NCBI GenBank assembly: GCA_000002435.2
Contig: CM018793.1
Direction: 5' to 3' (one strand)
Source: Giardia intestinalis
Lineage: Eukaryota
DNA length: 64,000 nucleotides
Every line of letters begins with the position of its first letter. Positions within the stretch are counted from its first letter, which is position 1. This document shows positions 56,346 through 64,000 of this stretch, piece after piece. The notes under the pieces are model-generated. The model saw only the letters and a program-made list of their open reading frames with translations. It searched no databases and had not been told where the DNA came from. Position numbers and translations under genes: made by a program.

Positions 56346-58823
56346 ATGGGTGGTCCCGCTCCAGGGTACGAGCAGACTCGGATCCCGGGAATGGACGTAG
56401 GCGGGTATAGCCAGGGTCCTGTTGGGGGCCCGCAGACCATAGAACCGATCGAAGAGGTCAAGAGAGTGCGCTTCCACATGACGAACGGCTACGAGTTTTC
56501 TCTCTCCATCGCAATTCCTCACAAGACCCTTGTCCCTCGCACAGAGTGGATTCAGGACAAGGACGTGAACAACTGCCAGGGCTGCGACACGGCATTCACA
56601 CTTCTTAACCGCCGCCACCACTGCCGTAGGTGCGGACGCATATTTTGCAATGCTTGTTGCATCAAGCCAATTGATATCCTGAGCGATACTGGAACAGACA
56701 GGCTTTGCAAACTCTGCAAGGCTGTCATGCTTGTGGTGGACGGGCCTCCCAATCCCCTTGCTTACGACGTAAAGCAGTTTCTCGAGGACCAGAGCTTATC
56801 TGTGTATCTCACGTCGCAAGACCACTTAATGGCCGCCGAATACATCCGCCTTATCCAGAACAACCTCAGGAACAACGACTCTCGCACATTTCTGATGCAA
56901 TACAGGCCGCAGCTCATCTATAGAGCAGTCGAGCTTTTGGACCAGGCTGTTCGTTCAATCGTTGATCATGCCTCTCGGGTTCACTACATCACGCTCCCGC
57001 AGTCCCAGGGCGGATATGCCATCCCGAACGGTCCCCAAATGATGAATCTCCGAGATGCATCAACCATCATTTCACACTCACTCGGCCTCTTGATCAACCT
57101 GACGAGCACATCGAACAAGCAATTTGCTAGCGCCTTGGCCTACATCCGCGAGGTAGACACAATTGGCATAATAGTCTCGGTCCTTACTCCAGAGGTGGAC
57201 CTGGTCAAGCAGGAGTTGGCGATTTGGGCTCTCCGCAACATTACCGCAGATCCAGGGTGCATTCCTCGCATCATGGAGCATCGCAACTTTGTTCCTGGAG
57301 TGGCGCGCCTCCTCGGCACCGCTGTCCGTGCAACGGGAGAGTTCATTACAAGCCTGATTGGAAACATTGCCCTTGCTGCTCCTGACTATGTTCCGCGTCT
57401 CCTGCCGTCCAACCCTATACCGAATATGGTCGATACTCATGAGATCCTCAAGTTTATCATGCATAATATAGACATCACGGCGCATGTCACACAGTGCATG
57501 GCCATGCGCCTGATGGGTCTCTTTGCCAAGAACGCGCACTCTAAGGATATCCTCATCAACTACAAGGTTCACGAGTCCATTGTGGCTGCTTTAGCTAAGC
57601 GTGCTGTTGAGTTCTTTACGACTGCGGGCAATTCCGCGGCCATGGCCCTCGACTCGGCTCTTCGCTACGTCAGATCAGAGACGATGGCAAACCCCATGAA
57701 GGACGTTAACGAGGCCTACGTCATGTCTGGCGGATTCTTCGCCTTAGGGTGCTTTGTGGAGCTTGACGAGGAGGCTGTGACAAAGGCGATCATTGACGGA
57801 ATCTTTGGTTCTCGCGAGCTGACTCTTTACCTCATGAAGTCCATCTCCCGAGAGACGGCGTACACCTGTGTTGAGAGTTCCTACTTCCTTCGTGTTCTTC
57901 TTGCAGGTAGCACTAAGGAGGTGTCTGACCGAATCATCGGAGACGAACAGTACAAGAGTGATTTCATACGCAACGTTGTCATTGTCCTCGACCGCCCCTT
58001 CATTATGGAAACAGTCACCACCAATTGCCAGTCCATGCTGTCTGCGCTGCAGAACAGCGACAATAGCTCTTTAGCTACCGAAATAAATACTCGGCTCAAG
58101 GGAGGCGCCGGTTCGCAGGGCCAGGGTGGAGTTAACATTGCGGAGGCCTTGTCTTCGAACTATGCCGGCGCAGAGATGAACGAGACAGATCTCAAGAGGC
58201 AGGCTACAGGCCCCTATGGAGTCCCCAGTGGTATGAACATTTCTGGAATCCCCAACCCATATTCAATGCCCCAGCAACAGTGCCCTGTGATCCCGCAACA
58301 AGGGTACCAGGGACAACCGTCAGCAAGCCTCTATTCTGCAGGCCAGCCTCCTGTCTCTGCTGTTGGGGGCCAAGGTTTTGGGCAGTCTGGCGGGATGTAT
58401 GGCCAGGGAGTTCCGCAGCCGGCTTCGGGGGCACCTGGGCCGTACGGCTCTTCCGTTGCCTCCAATCTGTACGGAGCTGTTTCCTCGTCTAATCCGTATG
58501 CTGCGGGTAACCCTTCTGCGGGCTCTAACATGGGACCGTATGGTGCGCCCCAACAGGGCTACTCTGGAGCCGTTTCGGCACCAGCGCCTATGTCAGGCTC
58601 TTATGGGGCTGGAGTTCCTGTCTCGACATATGGATCCACTCCAGCGCCCGCCGGGCCTGGGGCTTCTGGGCCCTATGGAGCACCACAGACTTCCAACCCC
58701 TATGGTGCCCCTGCACCCGCCTCGAATCCTTATGGCGCCGCAACGGCACCAAATCCTTATGGGGCTCCTAGTGGATCTAATCCGTATAAGACGTCTAGTT
58801 TTCACAGTGAGGAGCTGGCGTGA
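55851..58823 (+). CDS. FYVE zinc-finger protein (predicted to bind PI3P) with a central armadillo/HEAT-like region and long N- and C-terminal GPYG-repeat low-complexity arms
   Basis: The FYVE signatures are WIQDKD, RRHHCRRCGRIFCNACC and RLCKLC. The N-terminal arm of about 165 aa and the C-terminal arm of about 200 aa are [AGSP]-rich with reiterated GPYG(A/S) motifs. The central 550 aa are helical repeats. Confidence 0.85.
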   Translation: MYSGPYNSAPAGNPYGGPPQMSSGGPYGAGAPQAGPGPYGSSMPSANAGPYGAPAGPYGAQAQGASGPYGASQAAPQPASGPYGSTAPGYGASAQPYGAAASTAGVGPYGAGAPSMGGSGVGGPGPYANPGGPYGSSGQPPAGLYGSGAQPGMMGGPYGAQGQMGMGGPAPGYEQTRIPGMDVGGYSQGPVGGPQTIEPIEEVKRVRFHMTNGYEFSLSIAIPHKTLVPRTEWIQDKDVNNCQGCDTAFTLLNRRHHCRRCGRIFCNACCIKPIDILSDTGTDRLCKLCKAVMLVVDGPPNPLAYDVKQFLEDQSLSVYLTSQDHLMAAEYIRLIQNNLRNNDSRTFLMQYRPQLIYRAVELLDQAVRSIVDHASRVHYITLPQSQGGYAIPNGPQMMNLRDASTIISHSLGLLINLTSTSNKQFASALAYIREVDTIGIIVSVLTPEVDLVKQELAIWALRNITADPGCIPRIMEHRNFVPGVARLLGTAVRATGEFITSLIGNIALAAPDYVPRLLPSNPIPNMVDTHEILKFIMHNIDITAHVTQCMAMRLMGLFAKNAHSKDILINYKVHESIVAALAKRAVEFFTTAGNSAAMALDSALRYVRSETMANPMKDVNEAYVMSGGFFALGCFVELDEEAVTKAIIDGIFGSRELTLYLMKSISRETAYTCVESSYFLRVLLAGSTKEVSDRIIGDEQYKSDFIRNVVIVLDRPFIMETVTTNCQSMLSALQNSDNSSLATEINTRLKGGAGSQGQGGVNIAEALSSNYAGAEMNETDLKRQATGPYGVPSGMNISGIPNPYSMPQQQCPVIPQQGYQGQPSASLYSAGQPPVSAVGGQGFGQSGGMYGQGVPQPASGAPGPYGSSVASNLYGAVSSSNPYAAGNPSAGSNMGPYGAPQQGYSGAVSAPAPMSGSYGAGVPVSTYGSTPAPAGPGASGPYGAPQTSNPYGAPAPASNPYGAATAPNPYGAPSGSNPYKTSSFHSEELA
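58218..58805 (+). repeat. Coding GPYG/NPYG low-complexity repeat, C-terminal arm of the FYVE protein
   Basis: Reiterated GPYGA, NPYGA and SGPYG motifs in the translation. Confidence 0.6.
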
Positions 58824-58860
58824 TGCGCCCTAGTAAATCTGTTGGCATAAATATTCTAAA

Positions 58861-60459
58861 ATGGGTCGAGACTTCCATGACTATTTGGACGAGGACAAGC
58901 CCGCTGCAGAGTCTTCGATAGGCTCGGGGACCGATAAGACTCTTAACTCAACCATCATGAAGCTTACGACAGCAAATGTGAACGTCCTCTTGTGGTCCAC
59001 AGCGCTCCCCTACATATGCGGTTTTCTTCTAGAAGGGCTTGCCTTCATCGGTGACTACAATTTAGTCATCTACTACCCCGGCTTTGTGGGCCTCTTTGGA
59101 ATGGCCCTTGCATATCCTGTGGAGATATTAATGTGCAAGAACATTACACTGGGGTATGGCTTAGCAACAGCAAGCGCCATCCAGAAGGCTCTAGCAAAGA
59201 ATAAGGCGTCGCTAGCCAGCTCCTACCTTGCCCACTACATAATGCTCAGCCTCCTCTGGTCTATTCTGTGCACAATTTGCTTAACACCGTCGGCGGTCCC
59301 ATTGCTGAAATTCATGGATAATCACCAAGGAAATGAACGCGGCATGGCGTACTCTCGTATCGTCTTTTCGACACAGAACTTTGCCAACATATTTAGTAAC
59401 TCCATTAGTCAAGTCCTTGCTGTTGAAAACCGAGTAGCGCTCAACTTCTTCCGCCATCTCGGCTCTTCCTTTCTATTCATCCTCTTCGATTATATAATAT
59501 ACTTTATATCAAGCTTCTATTCCTCCAAGATTCCCGAGCTTTGCCAATCGTCTGCCATTGCATATACCTTGGCTCATACCGTCATAAGCGTGTGGATCCT
59601 CTGCGTTCTTTTTAAGAGAACCGCGTTCGATATTCCAATAAAAACCTCTCTTGATCTAAAGCTCAAGCGATTCTGGCCACTGAAGCCAAAGATCATCAAG
59701 ACCATTATAGTCGGGAGCCTTCCCCCAATCTTGTTCAACTCTACAATTCCAGCGACTATTCTAGTGTGCAATATCCTCGTTAGTCGATATTATACTTCCT
59801 TAGAGACGATTAACGCATCTAGGCTGAAATTCATTACCTACCTCCGGTATAATAATCTATTTATGTTTATCAACAACGGATTTAACCAAGCATTTATCAC
59901 CACTTGCGGCTTCAACTTGGGCCTCAGGAACTATGGCCGTGTACGCCAGCTGATAGTTGCCTCTGCGCTTTGGACCCTTGTGCTTTCTGCAATCCTAGGC
60001 ATACTGATGTTTATCTTTTACAAGAGCGTTGCCCAGCTCTTCTATCCTATTCTTGCGTATCACCAGGCAGAGCTGGAGTGGAAGGATACACAAAGACAGT
60101 ATGAGGAGACCTACGAGGCAGTGGCCCTTGCCTCCCTAGGGCCTATATGGATGGGCCTCTTCATGACTGTGAGCTCTATTGCACAGCTTGAAGACAAGTT
60201 TCTTGTGTTTGTGCTTTTGCAGACATCGCGCATTGTTGTACCGATTATCTTTGCTATATCGGCAGGCCTCTTGATCCAGGACAACGCGAAGCTATTAACG
60301 GCTCTTCCAATCGGTGACGGGATTGCTGGCATGTGCTGCCTTACATTTTTGTTCTACTACTTGCAAAAGTATAAGCACCTAAGCCTTATTGAGCAATCAC
60401 GAAAGGAGAATGAGGCATTAGAGGCACAAATAGCAAATCTGGACGCTCTGAACGACTGA
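58861..60459 (+). CDS. Polytopic transporter with about 12 TM segments, MATE/MOP-superfamily-like efflux protein
   Basis: ATG start. There are 12 hydrophobic helices in a 6+6 arrangement. Gly-rich helix motifs (VGLFGMALAYPVEI, GYGLATASAIQKALA) are reminiscent of MATE. The assignment is tentative. Confidence 0.5.
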   Translation: MGRDFHDYLDEDKPAAESSIGSGTDKTLNSTIMKLTTANVNVLLWSTALPYICGFLLEGLAFIGDYNLVIYYPGFVGLFGMALAYPVEILMCKNITLGYGLATASAIQKALAKNKASLASSYLAHYIMLSLLWSILCTICLTPSAVPLLKFMDNHQGNERGMAYSRIVFSTQNFANIFSNSISQVLAVENRVALNFFRHLGSSFLFILFDYIIYFISSFYSSKIPELCQSSAIAYTLAHTVISVWILCVLFKRTAFDIPIKTSLDLKLKRFWPLKPKIIKTIIVGSLPPILFNSTIPATILVCNILVSRYYTSLETINASRLKFITYLRYNNLFMFINNGFNQAFITTCGFNLGLRNYGRVRQLIVASALWTLVLSAILGILMFIFYKSVAQLFYPILAYHQAELEWKDTQRQYEETYEAVALASLGPIWMGLFMTVSSIAQLEDKFLVFVLLQTSRIVVPIIFAISAGLLIQDNAKLLTALPIGDGIAGMCCLTFLFYYLQKYKHLSLIEQSRKENEALEAQIANLDALND

Positions 60460-60525
60460 TACATCTGCGCTACGCCGTGCACCAGGTTCCTCCATTTTCA
60501 CTTGAGAGGAGGCATTACCAACAGT

Positions 60526-62007
60526 TTACAATAGAGGAAGAAGCTCATTCATGCCCATTTTCTCAGCTGCAGCGCGTGGAGATATTCTATCGACCTTTAT
60601 GTCCTTTTCATGCGAAGCCATGAGCCTGGCAAACTCCAAATTTCTGTTTTCTATCGCATAGAGCAAAGCAGTGAATCCAGAGAGTGACCTCATTCTCTTC
60701 TCGTCATCGAGGAGGATCCTTCCTGCTTCCACGTTGTTAGTAACGGCTGCAATCATCAGGGCTGTCATGCCGTCCAAGCGTTGCTTTCGCTTATGGCTAT
60801 CAATGTGGCGCTTCACGCCGTCTATGTCGTTGTCTTTTACTGCGTCTATGAGAGGCGTGGTACTTTTGAGGATTATATCGTTGAGATCGCCGGCCGAAAG
60901 GGGCTTTAACGCAGCATTGGACACGTCTAGGCTTACAGGATCAATCTTGACGTCCTGAATATCCAGAGGAACAGGTACTGCTTTTGCACAATTATCTTGA
61001 CTGTCTCCTACGCGGCCCTCAGCAGCATCGCCTAATTTTGAAAAGTCGTGCAAGCCAAAAAGGTTGATGGTGATCGCGTTGGCAGCAATGGATGGGCTGT
61101 CCACAATCCTGATGTGACCATATCTCCCCTCTTCGGCCCACTTCTTTGTTATGCTCTGAACCTCCGGGGACTTGATGATGTCGGATGCAGAGGGTCGATC
61201 GTCAGGGTGGTACTTTATCATGGCTGAAATGATCCTGACAAACTCAGTGCTGTATCCAGGTATTGACAGCTGCGACGACGACACTTTCCTCGCCCTCTCG
61301 AGACGATCTCTGTCTGTGGGGCCTGTGATGAGATACTTTTGCGCAGCCAATTCGTACATGGTGCACCCAAGGGACCAAATGTCGAAGGATGTGGTGTATG
61401 TTCTAGACTCAAAAGATTCTGGGGGCATGTATATGGGCGTCCCGACAATCGTCATTGCCATATGCTCCTGAGCATTCTCATAAAGGCGGCAGACGCCAAA
61501 GTCTGCAAGCTTCACCTGCATGTCATCCCCGATGAGCAGATTTGCAGGCTTGATATCGCGGTGAATGACGGCCTTCCCCGTCGCATTAAATGGAGAGTGA
61601 CAGTAACTCAGCGCCAAGAGCACTTGGATCATGATTGCCCAAAGAAGATCCTCGTCGATTTTCTTTCCATGCTTCTTATGATCTGTCAGAAATTTGAGCA
61701 TGTCGCCGTTCTTGTAATAGTCCATGATGATTGAGTAGCTGTTTTCATCCACATCATCGAACACTTCATAGTACTTCACAATATTCGGGTGGTCGAGCTT
61801 CATCGTAATATCGATTTCGTTGGTGACTAGCTCCTTTGCTTTCGAGCTGAGACAGGAGTACATGATCTTCTTACAGCAGAGAAGCTTATCCTTTTGCGCA
61901 GATGTCACGGCATACACCTTTCCATAGCTGCCTGTCCCAACAACGCGATCTATGGTGTATTTGTCGGTGACTGACCCCTTTTGAATAAACACCGGCTCCT
62001 CTGTCAT
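60526..62007 (-). CDS. NEK-family Ser/Thr protein kinase with C-terminal ankyrin repeats
   Basis: The kinase motifs are GTGSYGKVY, LCCKKI, HRDIKPANLLI, LADFG and GTPIYMPPE. The C-terminal ANK repeats are GMTALMIAAVTNNVEAGRILL and GFTALLYAIENRNLEFARLM. ATG start at 62007. Confidence 0.9.
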   Translation of the reverse strand: MTEEPVFIQKGSVTDKYTIDRVVGTGSYGKVYAVTSAQKDKLLCCKKIMYSCLSSKAKELVTNEIDITMKLDHPNIVKYYEVFDDVDENSYSIIMDYYKNGDMLKFLTDHKKHGKKIDEDLLWAIMIQVLLALSYCHSPFNATGKAVIHRDIKPANLLIGDDMQVKLADFGVCRLYENAQEHMAMTIVGTPIYMPPESFESRTYTTSFDIWSLGCTMYELAAQKYLITGPTDRDRLERARKVSSSQLSIPGYSTEFVRIISAMIKYHPDDRPSASDIIKSPEVQSITKKWAEEGRYGHIRIVDSPSIAANAITINLFGLHDFSKLGDAAEGRVGDSQDNCAKAVPVPLDIQDVKIDPVSLDVSNAALKPLSAGDLNDIILKSTTPLIDAVKDNDIDGVKRHIDSHKRKQRLDGMTALMIAAVTNNVEAGRILLDDEKRMRSLSGFTALLYAIENRNLEFARLMASHEKDIKVDRISPRAAAEKMGMNELLPLL

Positions 62008-62050
62008 AAAAGAGTTTTTTATATTTGTACTGATTGAGGCTAATATTAAT

Positions 62051-63493
62051 TTACAGGCTCCGAACAGCAGAAAGGCCCCGGTTGGAAGAAACGGGGGGCA
62101 GCTGGTCTGCCGTCAGAATACCTCTTTCTAGAAGCATCGGCGCGAGCCTCTGCAGTCTTCCCCGAATCTGCACATCTGTCCGGTTCGGCATGAGGGCACT
62201 TATGGCCTTCCAGTTCCGCGAGGGGCAGACCTTGACGGCAGCGATGAGCTGCATGTCCTCCTCAGCCGGCCAGTTTCCCTTTGTGATCTTAGGGTCGATC
62301 GTTCTCAGCCATCGCTGATTGCATTGGTCGGCAGTGCGTCGCGGAAGGTTATGTCCGTTTATGTATATGAAGTCTGCGATTTTTCGCCAGTTCTTCGCCT
62401 TAAACATACCCACGGCGATCTCGAGCAGTTGGTCTTCTTCTTTAGACCAAGTAGCTGTTTCCTTATGGCTGCGAGAGCAGGGCTGGCGCGCCACTGCCGA
62501 CAGGGACGGTGCAGAGGCTCGCGTGGCAGGAATGCAGGGCTCTTGCTTCATGGGAATTGTACTAGGTGTGTGTAGACTCTTTTGTATAGCCGACCCCGGG
62601 GGGATCCCAGAGATGCCCGATAGCTTGTGGGTTGGTCGATCGACTGTAACGGGAAGGAGGGATATGGGAACGCGATCTAGCGGTGCCTGGGATGTGGTTA
62701 TCTGGGCAGGGTAAGGCAGGCCTGCATGGGCCAAGGCGAAGATGGGAATGGGGGGCACCGGAGGAACCAGGATTGCAGAGTTGATGGCAGCCACATCAGC
62801 CTTAGAAAGTAGCTGTGCAGAATCACACGGAACCTTGATATTCTCCAACTCCGAAGCAATGGGAGAAGAATCAAAGGAGATCTGCGAGGGGAAGGCAGTA
62901 GAATCAGAAGAGGCACACGACCCCAGCCCGGGGTGTGTGGAGACAACGAACGCCGTGCTATCGAGGCTGTGATCGCTGAGCTGGATCGTCGAACTAGATG
63001 CGCCCACCTCGTACTCTGAAGAAGCATAGTCGGTCCCGTTGGGAGTAGACGTCTGAGTCTGGCTGGAGACGGCAATTGCCTCCACCATTCTCTTGGATGT
63101 GTAGCACGTGGTAAAGAGGGATCTATATATCTCTAAAAGTCGTATGTCTAGTGATGAAGCTGCAGAGGGACAGGTAAATTGCTTAGAAGGCTCACTACCC
63201 GCCTCACCAGCATTGCTGCTACTGCCAGCAGATGGCGCTGACATCGCTGATAACTGCGCGTGAAACGAGTTGGTGATTGCGTAGAGGAGCTCCTGAACGA
63301 GAAGATAAAGGGCTTTGAGGCCCTTGACTCGCCATTTGTCTGTCTCTGCGTCTATCAAAAAGGGTGTCTGCAGAAATCTATCCATTGGACACGGGAGCTC
63401 TGCTGTACCGCCTAAATTTTGCGTATTGTTGTTTGTGGCCCTAGTACTGCATCCAGCGGTAGAGACCGCCCCGTCCAGCCTGGTGTTAGACAT
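62051..63493 (-). CDS. Myb/SANT-domain DNA-binding protein with two C-terminal Myb repeats
   Basis: The first repeat is WSKEEDQLLEIAVGMFKAKNWRKIADFI...CNQRWLRTIDP. The second is WPAEEDMQLIAAVKVCPSRNWKAISALMPNRTDVQIRGRLQRL. The N-terminal 330 aa are S/T/P-rich and look like a transactivation region. Confidence 0.8.
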   Translation of the reverse strand: MSNTRLDGAVSTAGCSTRATNNNTQNLGGTAELPCPMDRFLQTPFLIDAETDKWRVKGLKALYLLVQELLYAITNSFHAQLSAMSAPSAGSSSNAGEAGSEPSKQFTCPSAASSLDIRLLEIYRSLFTTCYTSKRMVEAIAVSSQTQTSTPNGTDYASSEYEVGASSSTIQLSDHSLDSTAFVVSTHPGLGSCASSDSTAFPSQISFDSSPIASELENIKVPCDSAQLLSKADVAAINSAILVPPVPPIPIFALAHAGLPYPAQITTSQAPLDRVPISLLPVTVDRPTHKLSGISGIPPGSAIQKSLHTPSTIPMKQEPCIPATRASAPSLSAVARQPCSRSHKETATWSKEEDQLLEIAVGMFKAKNWRKIADFIYINGHNLPRRTADQCNQRWLRTIDPKITKGNWPAEEDMQLIAAVKVCPSRNWKAISALMPNRTDVQIRGRLQRLAPMLLERGILTADQLPPVSSNRGLSAVRSL

Positions 63494-63810
63494 GCTAGCA
63501 ATGTAGTTCGGTTGTGTTTTTTAATCTGAGCTGTATGCCAGCTATACACACGCCGTCAGAAGAATTTGGAAAGTCCAATTAATCCGTGTATATTGCAATA
63601 GACAGACTTCCAGATTCACATTGCACAGCACGAGGTTACCGGATACTGCGGCGAAACATAAGAGCTGGTTGATTTCAAAATGCTAGTTCCCGAATAATTC
63701 TAGAGGACGCTCCAGTAGTTCCGAAGAAGCACTGCATCCTACATCTGGTGCTATACTTCTAACAGTAGGCTCTAACAGAGTAAACAGTAAATATACTGTA
63801 TGGCCAAAAA

Positions 63811-64000
63811 ATGAATAGAAATGGCCTCCTGGACGGCACAAAGGCGGGCCTAGCCTCAATTGATAGAGACACCATCAACAAGATAATAGCACGGGAGACT
63901 CAGGGGACAGCTAAATTCCTTCGCATGCGTGAAAAGGAGCAGGCCTCCTGTGTACGCTCAGCTCTCCTCGCTCAACGAGCCAGTGCCCTGACCCCCCAAG
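63811..64000 (+). CDS. Y-family DNA polymerase N-terminus (Pol kappa/DinB-like), partial, continuing beyond the window end
   Basis: The ATG at 63811 follows an AT-rich initiator GGCCAAAAAATG. The translation MNRNGLLDGTKAGLASIDRDTINKIIARETQGTAKFL resembles the human Pol kappa N-terminus GLNDNKAGMEGLDKEKINKIIMEATKGSRFY. Only 63 codons are visible. Confidence 0.45.
   Translation, partial: MNRNGLLDGTKAGLASIDRDTINKIIARETQGTAKFLRMREKEQASCVRSALLAQRASALTPQ

Noticed and set aside
1-64000. Prokaryotic-style interpretation (operons, defence islands, CRISPR, IS elements)
   Set aside because: The gene content is unmistakably eukaryotic (kinesin, centrin, NEK/ankyrin, ribosomal e-proteins, a pol III tRNA with A/B boxes). 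There are no direct-repeat arrays, no transposase or integrase ORFs and no terminal inverted repeats.

Overview
The window reads as a gene-dense, essentially intron-free eukaryotic chromosomal segment with the gene content of Giardia intestinalis, an assignment inferred from gene families and AT-rich initiators. The supporting genes are two NEK kinases with C-terminal ankyrin repeats, two Protein 21.1-type ankyrin proteins, a CxxC-rich high-cysteine membrane protein, centrin, NADP-malic enzyme, kinesin, a CLASP-like TOG protein and GC3-biased ribosomal protein genes. I call 35 protein-coding genes, two of them running off the window edges and therefore absent from the supplied ORF track, plus one tRNA-Lys(UUU). 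Intergenic spacers are often below 100 bp, and two convergent gene pairs share overlapping stop codons. Several ORFs on the track begin with TTG or GTG, so I re-set their starts to the first in-frame ATG. I see no CRISPR array, mobile element, operon or multi-gene defence-type system. The neighbouring genes are functionally unrelated eukaryotic housekeeping, cytoskeletal and lineage-specific genes. The most unusual items are: (1) an RS-dipeptide-rich protein fused to a C-terminal multi-pass membrane domain; (2) a FYVE/armadillo protein flanked by long GPYG low-complexity arms, inside a sharp GC-rich island that also holds RPS13, MCTS1 and the tRNA; (3) a PIG-L homologue and an ankyrin gene whose conserved N-termini have no in-frame ATG; (4) a tRNA-Lys wedged 5 nt from the RPS13 stop codon, with the RPS13 AGTAAAC poly(A) signal overlapping the tRNA 3' end. 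Coordinates of features not on the ORF track are best estimates to within a few nt.
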